NCBI GenBank assembly: GCA_943789275.1
Contig: CALSTM010000003.1
Location: forward strand, 596,053-660,052
Length of the DNA stretch: 64,000 nt
Reading direction: 5' to 3'
Source of the DNA: Candidatus Poseidoniaceae archaeon
GTDB taxonomy: Archaea; Thermoplasmatota; Poseidoniia; Poseidoniales; Poseidoniaceae
Made by a program: the position numbers and the translations under genes. The notes beneath the pieces are model-generated. The model was not told where the DNA came from. It made no database searches and saw only the letters and a program-made list of their open reading frames with translations. Positions within the stretch are counted from its first letter, which is position 1; each line of letters starts with the position of its first letter. Shown piece after piece: positions 19,501-27,458 of the stretch.

Positions 19501-22500
19501 GCAACACGACCACGACCCTCAGCAATAATTTCCTAACCGCAGGTGGAACGCACCTGCTCGGCATTGATTCGGGCGATCAAGGCGAGATGGTCGTTGTCTA
19601 TGCACATAACGATACGAGTTCCGCCAGTGGCACCTACAGCTTGGCCATGATGTACCGCTGGGGCGGAACATGGACTGAAACCATTCTCGACACCGGCACA
19701 GATACGGGGTATCATCCATCGGTTGCCATCGATCGTCAGGGCGCAATCCACATCGCCTACATCGATGATCACAACGACGAACTTCGTTATGCTACCAATG
19801 CTTCAGGGTCGTGGGTCTTCACAACCTTGGGAAGTTCAACCTACGACAACGATGACGGACGTGGAACGGCGATTGTCGTTCACCCAATTACAGATGCCGT
19901 TCACATTGTGACAACGATCAACGATAACACCTATCGTGATTTACAATATCACACCAATGAAAGTGGTTCTTGGGTGAATGAGACCATCACCAATACGCTC
20001 TCGGATGAAGGTCATGACCCTGCTATGGCGATGGATGGCGACGGAAATCTCCACGTCGCTTACTATTGCGACGATGGTTGTAGCGATTTGCGTATGTCCA
20101 GCCGAATCAATGGCGTTTGGCAAAACGAAACGGTTGCGAGCACCCTTAACATTGGAAACGATCCTGACATTGCCATCGATTCACAGGGTACGATTCACAT
20201 CGTGTCACAGTACCTCAATACCAAACGTATCTATCTCCATTCCGGTACGCCAGGAAGTTGGACTGAACAAACAGGGCTCTCAGGAGGAAACGCTCACTGG
20301 CCTGTGGTATCGGTTGATTCAAATGATGCTGTCCACATCTCCTATCATTTTGGAAACACACAAAAAGATGTGATGTACATGACCAACGCTTCTGGCTCTT
20401 GGTCAACAGCGTCCATGATTGAAGGATACGGTGGCTGGGGCAGTGAAATGGTCATCGATGCCAACGATGACATCTTCATTCCGAACGTCGCTCCAGGAAT
20501 AACAGAGATCCAATTGACCACAGTCAAGGGTTCAGGACAAGGTTTGACAGCCCGTCCAACCTATGACATTGCACCGATGCTTCCTGACGGTTTGATCATG
20601 AACTGGCGTAATGGAACCATTTCGGGCACACCAACAGAAGCCCTTGCCAACACAACCTTCACCGTCACAGTCACCGCCCTCGGAACCACCACCACATCGG
20701 CCTTCACGCTCTTCATCACCGGCGCTCCCGGTGCTATCGCTTACAGCGACATCTCAGGGACAAAGGGTACGGCCATCACCCCCGTCACACCGTCCATCAC
20801 CACCAACGGCACGACCGGTAGCGTGACCTCGTGGACCATCAGTCCAACTTTGCCAAGCGGGCTTTCATTCGGTACGAGCAATGGAACGATTTGGGGTACG
20901 CCAACAGTGGTTGTTTCCGGAGCGGTGTTCACGATTTGGGCGAACAACTCGGTCGGGTCCAAGTCAACAACGGTCAACATCACTGTCAATGATGAAGCAC
21001 CTGACATCTCTTACAATCCAGACTGGTTTGTTTTGACCAAGGGCACTGTCATGTCACCAACAGCGACACCAACCAATACAGGTGGTGCGATTCCATCGGG
21101 CATTGTCGACTCTGGAAGCAGTCTTGGTAGTCACACCTCAATCGCCCTTGATTCGAATGGATACAAGCATATTTCCTACTATCATGCCACCAATAAGGAC
21201 CTCATGTATGCAACCGATAAGAGCGGTTCTTGGGTCACCACTTCGATTGATACATCTGGAATTGTTGGCCATTACACCTCCATCGCCATTGATTCCAATG
21301 ATGATGTTCACATTTCCTACTATGATTCCACCAATGGCGACCTCAAGTATGCAACCGATAAGAGCGGTTCATGGGTCACTACTTCGATTGACACCTCTGG
21401 AATTGTTGGCCATTACACTTCCATCGCCATTGATTCCAATGACGACGTGCACATTTCCTACTATGACACCACCAATGGCGACCTCAAGTATGCAACCAAT
21501 AAGAGCGGTTCTTGGGTCACCACTTCGATCGATACATCTGGGACTTCGATTTTTAGCTCTTACACCTCCATTGGCATTGATTCCAATGATGATGTTCACA
21601 TTTCCTACTATGATTACACCAATGGCGACCTCAAGTATGCGACCGATAAGAGCGGTTCTTGGGTCACCACTTCGATTGATACATCTGGAATTGTTGGCCA
21701 TGACACCTCCATCGCCATTGATTCCAATGATGATGTTCACATTTCCTACTATGATTACACCAATGGCGACCTCAAGTATGCAACCGATAAGAGCGGTTCT
21801 TGGGTCACCACTTCGATCGATACATCTGGAAATGTTGGCGCTTACACCTCCATCGCCATTGATTCCAATGATGATGTGCACATTTCCCACCAAGATTTCG
21901 GGAATGGCGACCTCAAGTATGCAACCGATAAGAGCGGTTCTTGGGTCACCACTTCGATCGATACCTCTGGAAATGTTGGCGCTTACACCTCCATCGCCAT
22001 TGATTCCAACGATGATGTGCACATTTCTTACTATCACATCACCAATACCGAACTCAAGTATATCGGTCTTGATTCTTCTTCGAATGTGCTTGGCTATTCG
22101 GTCAGTCCAGCCCTACCTGCAGGATTGAGTTTGGATTTGGGTACGGGTGAAATTTCAGGCACACCAACTGCGCTTTCAACCAACACGACATACACGATAA
22201 CGGTACGCAACTCTGGCGGTACTAACACAACGACGATCACAATCGAGGTTCTCGACCAGTTGCCGACCATTGCTTACTCGCCAGAGAACTTGACGCTGAC
22301 CAACAACACGGCCAGCACCGATTTGCCGCTGACTGCAACGGTCACGGGTTCGGGGACGATCACCTCTTGGGCGATCAACGCAACCTTGCCTGCTGGCCTC
22401 AACTTCGGAACCAGCAACGGTACGATTTGGGGCATTCCGACCGTGCTCCAAACAACGGCAACAACCTACACGGTTTGGGCCAACAACAGCGGTGGTTCCT

Positions 22501-23309
22501 CCTCAGCTACGGTGACCATCACGATCAACGACGAGGCACCAGGTCCATTCGAGTACAACCCAGAGAACAACACGCTGACGAACAACACCTACGTGCATCT
22601 TGAGCCTGACTTCATCAACATGACAACGGGCAACGGCAGTTCTTGGTCCACCGCACCAGCGGGTTATCAATTGACGAGAACTGATTGGCCGAATGAACCG
22701 TGCCTCAATCATACCTACAATGGCACAACTTATGTCTCATATAATTCCAAATTGCACGGTTACGGTATTGCCAACAACACGTTATGGCTCATCAACAATA
22801 CCATCCAAGGTGTCGGTTGTTACACGTACTCTAAATGGCCCTCAGGCACTGGTTACTCGGAAGGTCTTAGCCAAATGTACGGGACATCGCTGTATTTCAT
22901 TGGTAAAGATGGTTCGGATCGAAAGTTGTACGGCTACGGTATGGAAAATGAAACCGTTTGGGTGGAGAGTACTGCGGAACCCCATGTATGGAGCATGCTG
23001 GTTGACGATGTCATGTACTTTTATGGCGAAACGGGTAACAGCGGGTATGAACTCCACGGTCACAACCTGAGCAACGGCACCACTTGGATGCTGGACGATA
23101 TTTACTCTGGCTCAGGAAGTATCACTGGGCCGGCTCTAGGACAGAATTGGCCGGTCTTGGTGGGATCGACATTTGTGTTTGTGGCAGTCTTCAGTAACGG
23201 TAGTACCTACAGTCGTGAGACATGGGCGCACAACATCAGCAACGGGACATCTTGGCGCCTCTCAATCGTATATGATGCATACCACAGCTGGCGCTCAGGT
23301 GATTGGTGA
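13479..23309 (+). CDS. Main segment of giant locus 2. It contains a pectin-lyase-like right-handed beta-helix, a LamG/ConA-like lectin domain, Ig-like domains, RCC1-like repeats, YATDKSGSWVTTSIDTSG...IAIDSNDDVHISYYD propeller-like repeats, and kelch-like repeats.
   Basis: The open frame extends upstream of the listed TTG (13677) to a stop at about 13476. It shows PbH1-like beta-helix rungs (NNTVxxS..., NxIHDIIKYGARFD). The LamG-like block is WSVSVWFNASTHQHSVILGAFDDGG...RLYVDGQNVGSGS. RCC1 repeats lie at about 17470-18560. Seven tandem 135-bp repeats lie at about 21100-22080. Confidence 0.75.
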   Translation, partial: TTPFQNDEIVLYSGRYHENVTVDGKDNLLIRAADGARVVFDGTRSITEDLGGVWGAADSDGIQEVTLPVDGWQLFLAYEEQVPARWPNAQFSDETVFNRSYWAEGTLTGSNNAYTQGWLTDAGPETGVHTGLNETINATGLDPEGAIAVMNLGSFRSNSRVITDWNSANGTFAYDGTGVGWKTKHHAYFLEGKRELIDVDGEWWFNNAINRLHYKTPSGQNANNLDLRVKVQPFAMSVENSDGVTIQGLDFFGTTVNFNECDGCSFTNSTLEYPSTSKRGLGIAGESEDDRWMTRFYRSTNSFVDNISITNTDGGALEFQGSAGQSHNNTVNNSYFHAIDWSAADQKGLMVTIYEGGRDMYFTNNTVHLTGASSVLSIGDAPKVFYNEVWDVGHLQTDGAVVQIMQGEAPGAEVAHNWIHDIIKYGARFDAPIGEAGEGRNGTMHHNVIWNVTGGLMVKGDYHDVHNNTVFNSSDGKNDIIALTDGEINNKNSTFHRNAVDKMADHRSGSWSLYPLPAGTYWNNWNGYVNTTDTVWNQLVDPANYDFRPKTNSHLDNMSAGAYDAGVSNPWTAGISWTYTTPDAPVEGCMLDYADNYDADATLSDGSCSFASYTPPATLDLRLHLDPTNSSSYSGSGTNVADLSGFNNYGTVAAAGPTWDGDFTRFSYDGACTGSTPNLVCDEIEVSDSTSLRPGGNDWSVSVWFNASTHQHSVILGAFDDGGAAVDVGWAIRMRASGGIYANVGTTSNNSAAWTSEASIDTDRWYHVVLVADPGNTLRLYVDGQNVGSGSLSGSGALRNVSNSLFIASYNGGEYSQTFDGQVGSVMAFADALNATTINQIYNASKGVYSNTTTLSFPQSSPTLLLGQTYSFPMTVANGEITTSYSLTGTLPSGMNFESSNGTIWGTPTAAMSTTSYTVTANNSAGTYSTSFSLTSQHAAPYDLAYAPENMTLEKGTAMTTNTPSVSGGAITSWEINPSVPTGLSFSTSTGAISGTPYVLQTTATTYTIWANNSGGNASAQVNITINDEVPIISYSYDDITGTKSVAISPHSGPTTSGGTITSWEISPSPGSAFHFNSANGYISGTPGILLARTQYTIWANNSGGSSVAYVNVTINDAAPNALGYSPENMTLEKDTAMTPNLPSVSGGTITSWEISPSLPSGLTWGASDGKISGTPAVLQTTTVTYTIWANNSGGSDSAQVNITINDQLASATYPSTVEVSNDRAMTTVSPTVTGGAVISWVIVPSLSSGLNFGSSNGSIWGTPTGLLENATYTVYANNSGGSTSITFTLGLNWTLTPSAEGAFITRNSSIASDITWEWDYDPLEAQNLSLVTGEWNTCALDSNQNVFCWGRNGNGQIGNGQTGTSGCGTSGHKCKDIPTATNDLGSDVISLAFGHQHACGLLDTGAVKCWGRNNAGQLGTSGGDKDTPQTINLGSGRTATSIYAGGHYTCAILDDASVKCWGENGNGQLGIGSNSNANTPTTINTLGSGRTAISLATAMSAVCALLDDGSVKCWGASANGQLGNGGTSSNLKSPPASAINLGTGRTAKAITGGESHFCAILDDDSIKCWGNGFNGKLGTGTTSHRSTPTSTSGSFATGRYAVAIDAGYDHTCAILDNGQLTCWGSDSDGQLGNGATTGTKSSIQSTTVTLGSGRTAISLSAGGEHTCAQLDNGQLKCWGNRADGQVGDNGNFNNPSDRTSPSSVSNNNHGGYTYLNTGVMPSSAVTGATCEISPSLPTGLSLTAGTCTITGTPTATASNATYTIWANVSGTSYSGQIWLEVGLNAPDISYSSSTYTYTKDIEIFTLNPTNVGGEVTTWAINATLPSGLTFETSNGTIWGTPDTITASTTYTVWANNSADSDSFTITFTVNDATPNFYYGSASGGGAHTLVLYLDQTMNPLTPTQASGGGAITSCSSSPSLPSGLSLSSTCVLSGTPDATATGAFYTITGTNTGGSDTASLYIEIRSYGGTLSVTPSNTEGSVNSSISDITMSYAHQISNYGWTSGVSNTTTTLSNNFLTAGGTHLLGIDSGDQGEMVVVYAHNDTSSASGTYSLAMMYRWGGTWTETILDTGTDTGYHPSVAIDRQGAIHIAYIDDHNDELRYATNASGSWVFTTLGSSTYDNDDGRGTAIVVHPITDAVHIVTTINDNTYRDLQYHTNESGSWVNETITNTLSDEGHDPAMAMDGDGNLHVAYYCDDGCSDLRMSSRINGVWQNETVASTLNIGNDPDIAIDSQGTIHIVSQYLNTKRIYLHSGTPGSWTEQTGLSGGNAHWPVVSVDSNDAVHISYHFGNTQKDVMYMTNASGSWSTASMIEGYGGWGSEMVIDANDDIFIPNVAPGITEIQLTTVKGSGQGLTARPTYDIAPMLPDGLIMNWRNGTISGTPTEALANTTFTVTVTALGTTTTSAFTLFITGAPGAIAYSDISGTKGTAITPVTPSITTNGTTGSVTSWTISPTLPSGLSFGTSNGTIWGTPTVVVSGAVFTIWANNSVGSKSTTVNITVNDEAPDISYNPDWFVLTKGTVMSPTATPTNTGGAIPSGIVDSGSSLGSHTSIALDSNGYKHISYYHATNKDLMYATDKSGSWVTTSIDTSGIVGHYTSIAIDSNDDVHISYYDSTNGDLKYATDKSGSWVTTSIDTSGIVGHYTSIAIDSNDDVHISYYDTTNGDLKYATNKSGSWVTTSIDTSGTSIFSSYTSIGIDSNDDVHISYYDYTNGDLKYATDKSGSWVTTSIDTSGIVGHDTSIAIDSNDDVHISYYDYTNGDLKYATDKSGSWVTTSIDTSGNVGAYTSIAIDSNDDVHISHQDFGNGDLKYATDKSGSWVTTSIDTSGNVGAYTSIAIDSNDDVHISYYHITNTELKYIGLDSSSNVLGYSVSPALPAGLSLDLGTGEISGTPTALSTNTTYTITVRNSGGTNTTTITIEVLDQLPTIAYSPENLTLTNNTASTDLPLTATVTGSGTITSWAINATLPAGLNFGTSNGTIWGIPTVLQTTATTYTVWANNSGGSSSATVTITINDEAPGPFEYNPENNTLTNNTYVHLEPDFINMTTGNGSSWSTAPAGYQLTRTDWPNEPCLNHTYNGTTYVSYNSKLHGYGIANNTLWLINNTIQGVGCYTYSKWPSGTGYSEGLSQMYGTSLYFIGKDGSDRKLYGYGMENETVWVESTAEPHVWSMLVDDVMYFYGETGNSGYELHGHNLSNGTTWMLDDIYSGSGSITGPALGQNWPVLVGSTFVFVAVFSNGSTYSRETWAHNISNGTSWRLSIVYDAYHSWRSGDW
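21100..22080 (+). repeat. About seven tandem 135-bp (45-aa) repeats, YATDKSGSWVTTSIDTSGxVGxYTSIAIDSNDDVHISYYDxTNGDLK. The units are BNR- or propeller-like.
   Basis: The periodicity is visible in both the protein and the nucleotide sequence. Several copies are nearly identical. Confidence 0.8.
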
Positions 23310-23508
23310 TGTGGCTTACTTTGGTCAACAAACATCTTCTGGAATTTTCTCGCTCTATGCTTACAATGCTTCAAATGCGACGCTATGGATGGTTTCAGGG
23401 AGTAATGCTAATCGTGGTGTTGCTGTAACTATTGACGGTGTATTGTATGGTAGTCGTGGTCTACAGTTCTCTTCCAGGTGGCTCTACACTCTGGGCGCAC
23501 AACCCTAA
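23173..23508 (+). CDS. Short frame-shifted fragment of giant locus 2 carrying kelch-like LYAYNASNATLWMVSG repeats.
   Basis: It continues the xLWAHNxSNGTxW repeat family seen at the end of the preceding ORF and the start of the following one. Confidence 0.35.
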   Translation: MCLWQSSVTVVPTVVRHGRTTSATGHLGASQSYMMHTTAGAQVIGDVAYFGQQTSSGIFSLYAYNASNATLWMVSGSNANRGVAVTIDGVLYGSRGLQFSSRWLYTLGAQP

Positions 23509-25891
23509 CAACGGAACCTCGTGGGTAATTGCTCCAAACATTGCTCCAGGAATTAATCAGGCTTTTGAGATAGCCGGAACGCTGTATTACAGGGGCGGTT
23601 TATCTTCCAGCCAAGAAGTATGGGCGTATGAGCCGACCAATACGACGGCATGGAAGGTCACGGACATCACGCTCCCTCAATCCGGCCTCTTCTTTGCCCT
23701 TGGTGACCTCATTTACTTTACAGGCAGCAACGCCACGACCAGTGGTGTTTGGGCGCACAGCACTTCCAACCATTCGACCTGGTTTGTGAGCAATCCATTC
23801 TCAAGCAACGCCGCCACCGCGGTTGCTGTTGTGAACGGTACGCTTTACTTGGGTAATTCTGGAATGGCTGCTCATCAGCCAACCTCCATCAACTACCGGA
23901 CGAACACGGGTGGACCCGTCACCTCGTGGGCGATCAACGCCAGCCTGCCGAGTGGCCTTTCCTTCAGCACGACCAACGGCAGCATCTACGGCACGCCGAC
24001 CGAGCTGTGGACACAAACGTCTTACATGGTCTGGGCCAACAACAGCGGTGGCTCAACCGTGGCCTACCTCAACATCACCGTGGTTGACGAGTTACCAACG
24101 CTTTCGTATTCTCCAGAGAACTTGACACTGACCAAGAATCAGACAAGCACCGATTTGCCACTGACTGCAACGGTCACGGGTTCGGGGACGATCACGTCCT
24201 GGGCCATCAGCCCAGTACTGCCTAGCGGTTTGTCCTTTGGAACGAGCAACGGAACGATTTGGGGCACTCCGACGGTCTTGCAGACCAGTCCAGTGACCTA
24301 CACCGTTTGGGCGAACAACAGCGGAGGTTCATCCTCAGCCACGGTCAACATCACTGTCAACGACGAAGCGCCTGACATCTCTTACAATCCAGACTGGTTT
24401 GTTCTTACCAACAATACGGCCATGTCTCCGATTGCAACACCGACGAATTCTGGTGGTGCGATTCCGTCAACCGTCATCGATTCAACTGGCAATGTTGGAG
24501 AAGATACTTCCATCGCCATTGATTCAAATGGAAACAGGCACATTTCCTACTACGACGAAACTGGTTCCGACCTCAAGTATGCGACGGATAAAACTGGTTC
24601 TTGGGTCACCGTTTCCGTTGACACAACAGGGTTTGTGGGAACTGACTCTTCTATCGCCATCGATTCCAACGATGCAGTCCACATTTCCTACTATGATTAC
24701 ACCAATAGCGACCTCAAGTACGCCACTTGTTCAAGCGGTTGCACAATCGCAAGCAATTGGGACGATGTCTCCGTTGACACAACAGGGTTTGTGGGAACTG
24801 ACTCTTCTATCGCCATCGATTCCAACGATGCAGTCCACATTTCCTACTATGATTACACCAATAGCGACCTCAAGTACGCCACCTGTTCAAGTGGTTGCAC
24901 AACCGCAAGCAACTGGGACGATGTTTCCGTTGAAACAACAGGTGTCGTGGGATCTTTCACTTCTATCGCCATCGATTCCAATGATGCAGTCCACATTTCC
25001 TACTATGATTCCACCAATAGGGATCTCGAGTACGCCACCTGTTCAAGTGGTTGCACAACCGCAAGCAATTGGATCACTACTTCGGTTGAAACGACAGGTG
25101 TTGTGGGATATTACACTTCAATCGCCATCGATTCAACCGATGCAGTCCACATTTCCTACTTCGATAATACCAATGATGACCTCAAGTACGCCACATGTTC
25201 AAGCGGTTGCACAACAGCAAGCAATTGGGTCGATGTCTCCGTTGACATAACAGGTCATGTGGGACGTTACACTTCCATCTCCATCGATTCTAACGATAAT
25301 GCCCACATTTCCTACTATGATACCACCAATAGCGATCTCAAGTACGCCACCTGTTCAAGCGGTTGTACAACCGCAAGCAATTGGGACAAGGTCTCCGTTG
25401 ACACATCAGGTAGTGTGGGATATTACACTTCAATCGCCATCGATTCCAGCGATACTATCCACATTTCCTACTTCGATAATACCAATGACGACCTCAAGTA
25501 CGTCGTTCTCGATTCTTCTTCGAATATGTATGGCTATTCCATCAGTCCAGACCTGCCTGCTGGATTGAGTTTGAACTTTACAAGTGGCGAAATCTCAGGA
25601 ACGCCAACTGCACTATCAACCAACACGACCTATACTATTACAGTGAGAAACAGTGGTGGTGTGAACACGACCACGATCACAATCGAGGTTCTCGACCAGT
25701 TGCCGACCATTGCTTACTCGCCAGAGAACTTGACACTGACCAAGAATCAGACCAGCACCGATTTGCCGCTGACTGCAACGCGTCATGGGTTCGGGGACAA
25801 TCACGTCCTGGGCCATCAGCCCAGCTTTGCCAAGCGGTCTTATCCTTTGGAACGAGCAACGGAACGATTTGGGGAACGCCGACATCATTGA
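23432..25891 (+). CDS. Frame-shifted fragment of giant locus 2 containing kelch-like repeats, Ig-like domains and YATCSSGCTTASNW...IAIDSNDAVHISYYD repeats.
   Basis: The ORF ends by running out of frame inside an Ig-like unit. Comparing 25781-25800 with its intact upstream copy at 24161-24180 shows 1-nt insertions. Confidence 0.55.
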   Translation: MTVYCMVVVVYSSLPGGSTLWAHNPNNGTSWVIAPNIAPGINQAFEIAGTLYYRGGLSSSQEVWAYEPTNTTAWKVTDITLPQSGLFFALGDLIYFTGSNATTSGVWAHSTSNHSTWFVSNPFSSNAATAVAVVNGTLYLGNSGMAAHQPTSINYRTNTGGPVTSWAINASLPSGLSFSTTNGSIYGTPTELWTQTSYMVWANNSGGSTVAYLNITVVDELPTLSYSPENLTLTKNQTSTDLPLTATVTGSGTITSWAISPVLPSGLSFGTSNGTIWGTPTVLQTSPVTYTVWANNSGGSSSATVNITVNDEAPDISYNPDWFVLTNNTAMSPIATPTNSGGAIPSTVIDSTGNVGEDTSIAIDSNGNRHISYYDETGSDLKYATDKTGSWVTVSVDTTGFVGTDSSIAIDSNDAVHISYYDYTNSDLKYATCSSGCTIASNWDDVSVDTTGFVGTDSSIAIDSNDAVHISYYDYTNSDLKYATCSSGCTTASNWDDVSVETTGVVGSFTSIAIDSNDAVHISYYDSTNRDLEYATCSSGCTTASNWITTSVETTGVVGYYTSIAIDSTDAVHISYFDNTNDDLKYATCSSGCTTASNWVDVSVDITGHVGRYTSISIDSNDNAHISYYDTTNSDLKYATCSSGCTTASNWDKVSVDTSGSVGYYTSIAIDSSDTIHISYFDNTNDDLKYVVLDSSSNMYGYSISPDLPAGLSLNFTSGEISGTPTALSTNTTYTITVRNSGGVNTTTITIEVLDQLPTIAYSPENLTLTKNQTSTDLPLTATRHGFGDNHVLGHQPSFAKRSYPLERATERFGERRHH

Positions 25892-25942
25892 TGACGCTCA
25901 AGACGTTCACAATTTCGGCGAGCAATAGCGGCGGTTCAGTCA

Positions 25943-27331
25943 ATGCAACCGTTAACATCACTGTCAATGATGAAGCCCCTGATATCGTATTCTCCAGACT
26001 GGTTTGTTCTCACCAACAATACGGCCATGTCGCCAACGGCTACACCAACCAATTCAGGTGGTGCAATCCCGTCTGGAATTATTGCTGAACCGTCGCAAGT
26101 TGGCTCTCAGTATTCCGAGGGGAGATACAATTCTATTGCCGTTGATTCGAATGGCGTCGCACATGTTGTTTATTTTGGCAACTATAATTCACAAACGTTG
26201 TATTACGCAACCAATGCCAACGGTTCATGGGTTACGACTGTGCTCAAGAATCAGAATGGTATAACCAACGGAGCATCAATTGTCATTGACTCTAACGATA
26301 CCATCCACATCAGTTATTCACACAGGTTTAGCCAATACAGTATGGGGAATAACCTCTATTACTCGACTTGTTCTTCATCTTGTTCATCTGCATCATCATG
26401 GAGTGGTGGTTTGGTCGTCGGAGGTGGGTATTACAACGATATTGCGATCGATACCAACGGTACATTGCACATCTCTCACTGGACAGGTTCCTCGCTCCAG
26501 CATTCGACCTGTTCCTCTTCTTGTTCAACAGCATCGTCTTGGACCACAACCTCGGTTACTTCGGTGACCCAACAGATGAGGATTTCAATGACAACCGATT
26601 CCAACAACAGTATACACATCCTTTACTCAGAGGGCTACCCAACAAGAGACCTCAACTATGCGACCTGCTCTTCTGGATGCACATCGTCATCATCGTGGTC
26701 TACAGTTGAGCTCAATGCTTCCAGCACTTCCACTTTTATAGGGGATCAATCCATTGCTGTTGATTCAAACAACGGTATTCACATAACATATCAATTCAAT
26801 ACTAACCTGACCTATGCGACCTGTTCTTCTTCATGTACATCAGCATCATCATGGACCAATACCACGGTTCCCCCTGTCAAGGCTTTATACGGCCTCGGGG
26901 AAATCGCCATTGATTCCAACGACCATCTCTACATCTCGTATGCAAAGGGTTCTTCCAATGCAGCATCTAAACTAACCTATGCGACCTGTTCTTCTTCATG
27001 TACATCAGCATCGTCGTGGACCAACACCACGTTTGACACAAATGGCGGTAATCAACGGTCAATGGCTCTTGATTCCAACGACCGTGTGCACATCTCCTAT
27101 CACTCAGGTAGTACGGATAAATCCCTTAGGTACCTCGCAGTTGAACCATCATCGATTGTTTATGCTTACTCCATCAGTCCAGCCTTGCCTGCAGGGTTAA
27201 GTTTGGAAATCAGCACAGGTGAGATCTCAGGAACGCCGACTGAGTTGTCGACCAATACAACATACACGATTACGGTACGCAATGCGGGGTGGCACAAATA
27301 CGACGACCATCACCATCGAAGTCAACGATGA
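25943..27331 (+). CDS. Frame-shifted fragment of giant locus 2 with YATCSSSC...IAVDSNNGIHITY propeller-like repeats and an Ig-like domain.
   Basis: The same repeat family continues. The end runs out of frame at ...TYTITVRNAG|WHKYDD, whereas intact copies read ...RNSGGTNTTTITIEV. Confidence 0.55.
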   Translation: MQPLTSLSMMKPLISYSPDWFVLTNNTAMSPTATPTNSGGAIPSGIIAEPSQVGSQYSEGRYNSIAVDSNGVAHVVYFGNYNSQTLYYATNANGSWVTTVLKNQNGITNGASIVIDSNDTIHISYSHRFSQYSMGNNLYYSTCSSSCSSASSWSGGLVVGGGYYNDIAIDTNGTLHISHWTGSSLQHSTCSSSCSTASSWTTTSVTSVTQQMRISMTTDSNNSIHILYSEGYPTRDLNYATCSSGCTSSSSWSTVELNASSTSTFIGDQSIAVDSNNGIHITYQFNTNLTYATCSSSCTSASSWTNTTVPPVKALYGLGEIAIDSNDHLYISYAKGSSNAASKLTYATCSSSCTSASSWTNTTFDTNGGNQRSMALDSNDRVHISYHSGSTDKSLRYLAVEPSSIVYAYSISPALPAGLSLEISTGEISGTPTELSTNTTYTITVRNAGWHKYDDHHHRSQR

Positions 27332-27458
27332 GGTCCCGACAATAGCGTACTCGCCGAACGATTTGGACCATGACCAATAACACGGCAAGCAGCGACCTTC
27401 CGCTCTCGCCGACCATCACAGGTTCGGTGAAATCACGTCGTGGGCCATCAACGCCATC

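Noticed and set aside
21082-22128. Long alternate-frame ORFs inside giant locus 2 (21082-22128 +, 21369-22037 -, 24399-25250 +, 29276-30010 -) with internally repetitive, Pro/Ser/Thr/Met-rich translations.
   Set aside because: They overlap the repeat arrays of the giant gene in the wrong frame or strand. Their repetitiveness simply mirrors the underlying DNA repeats.
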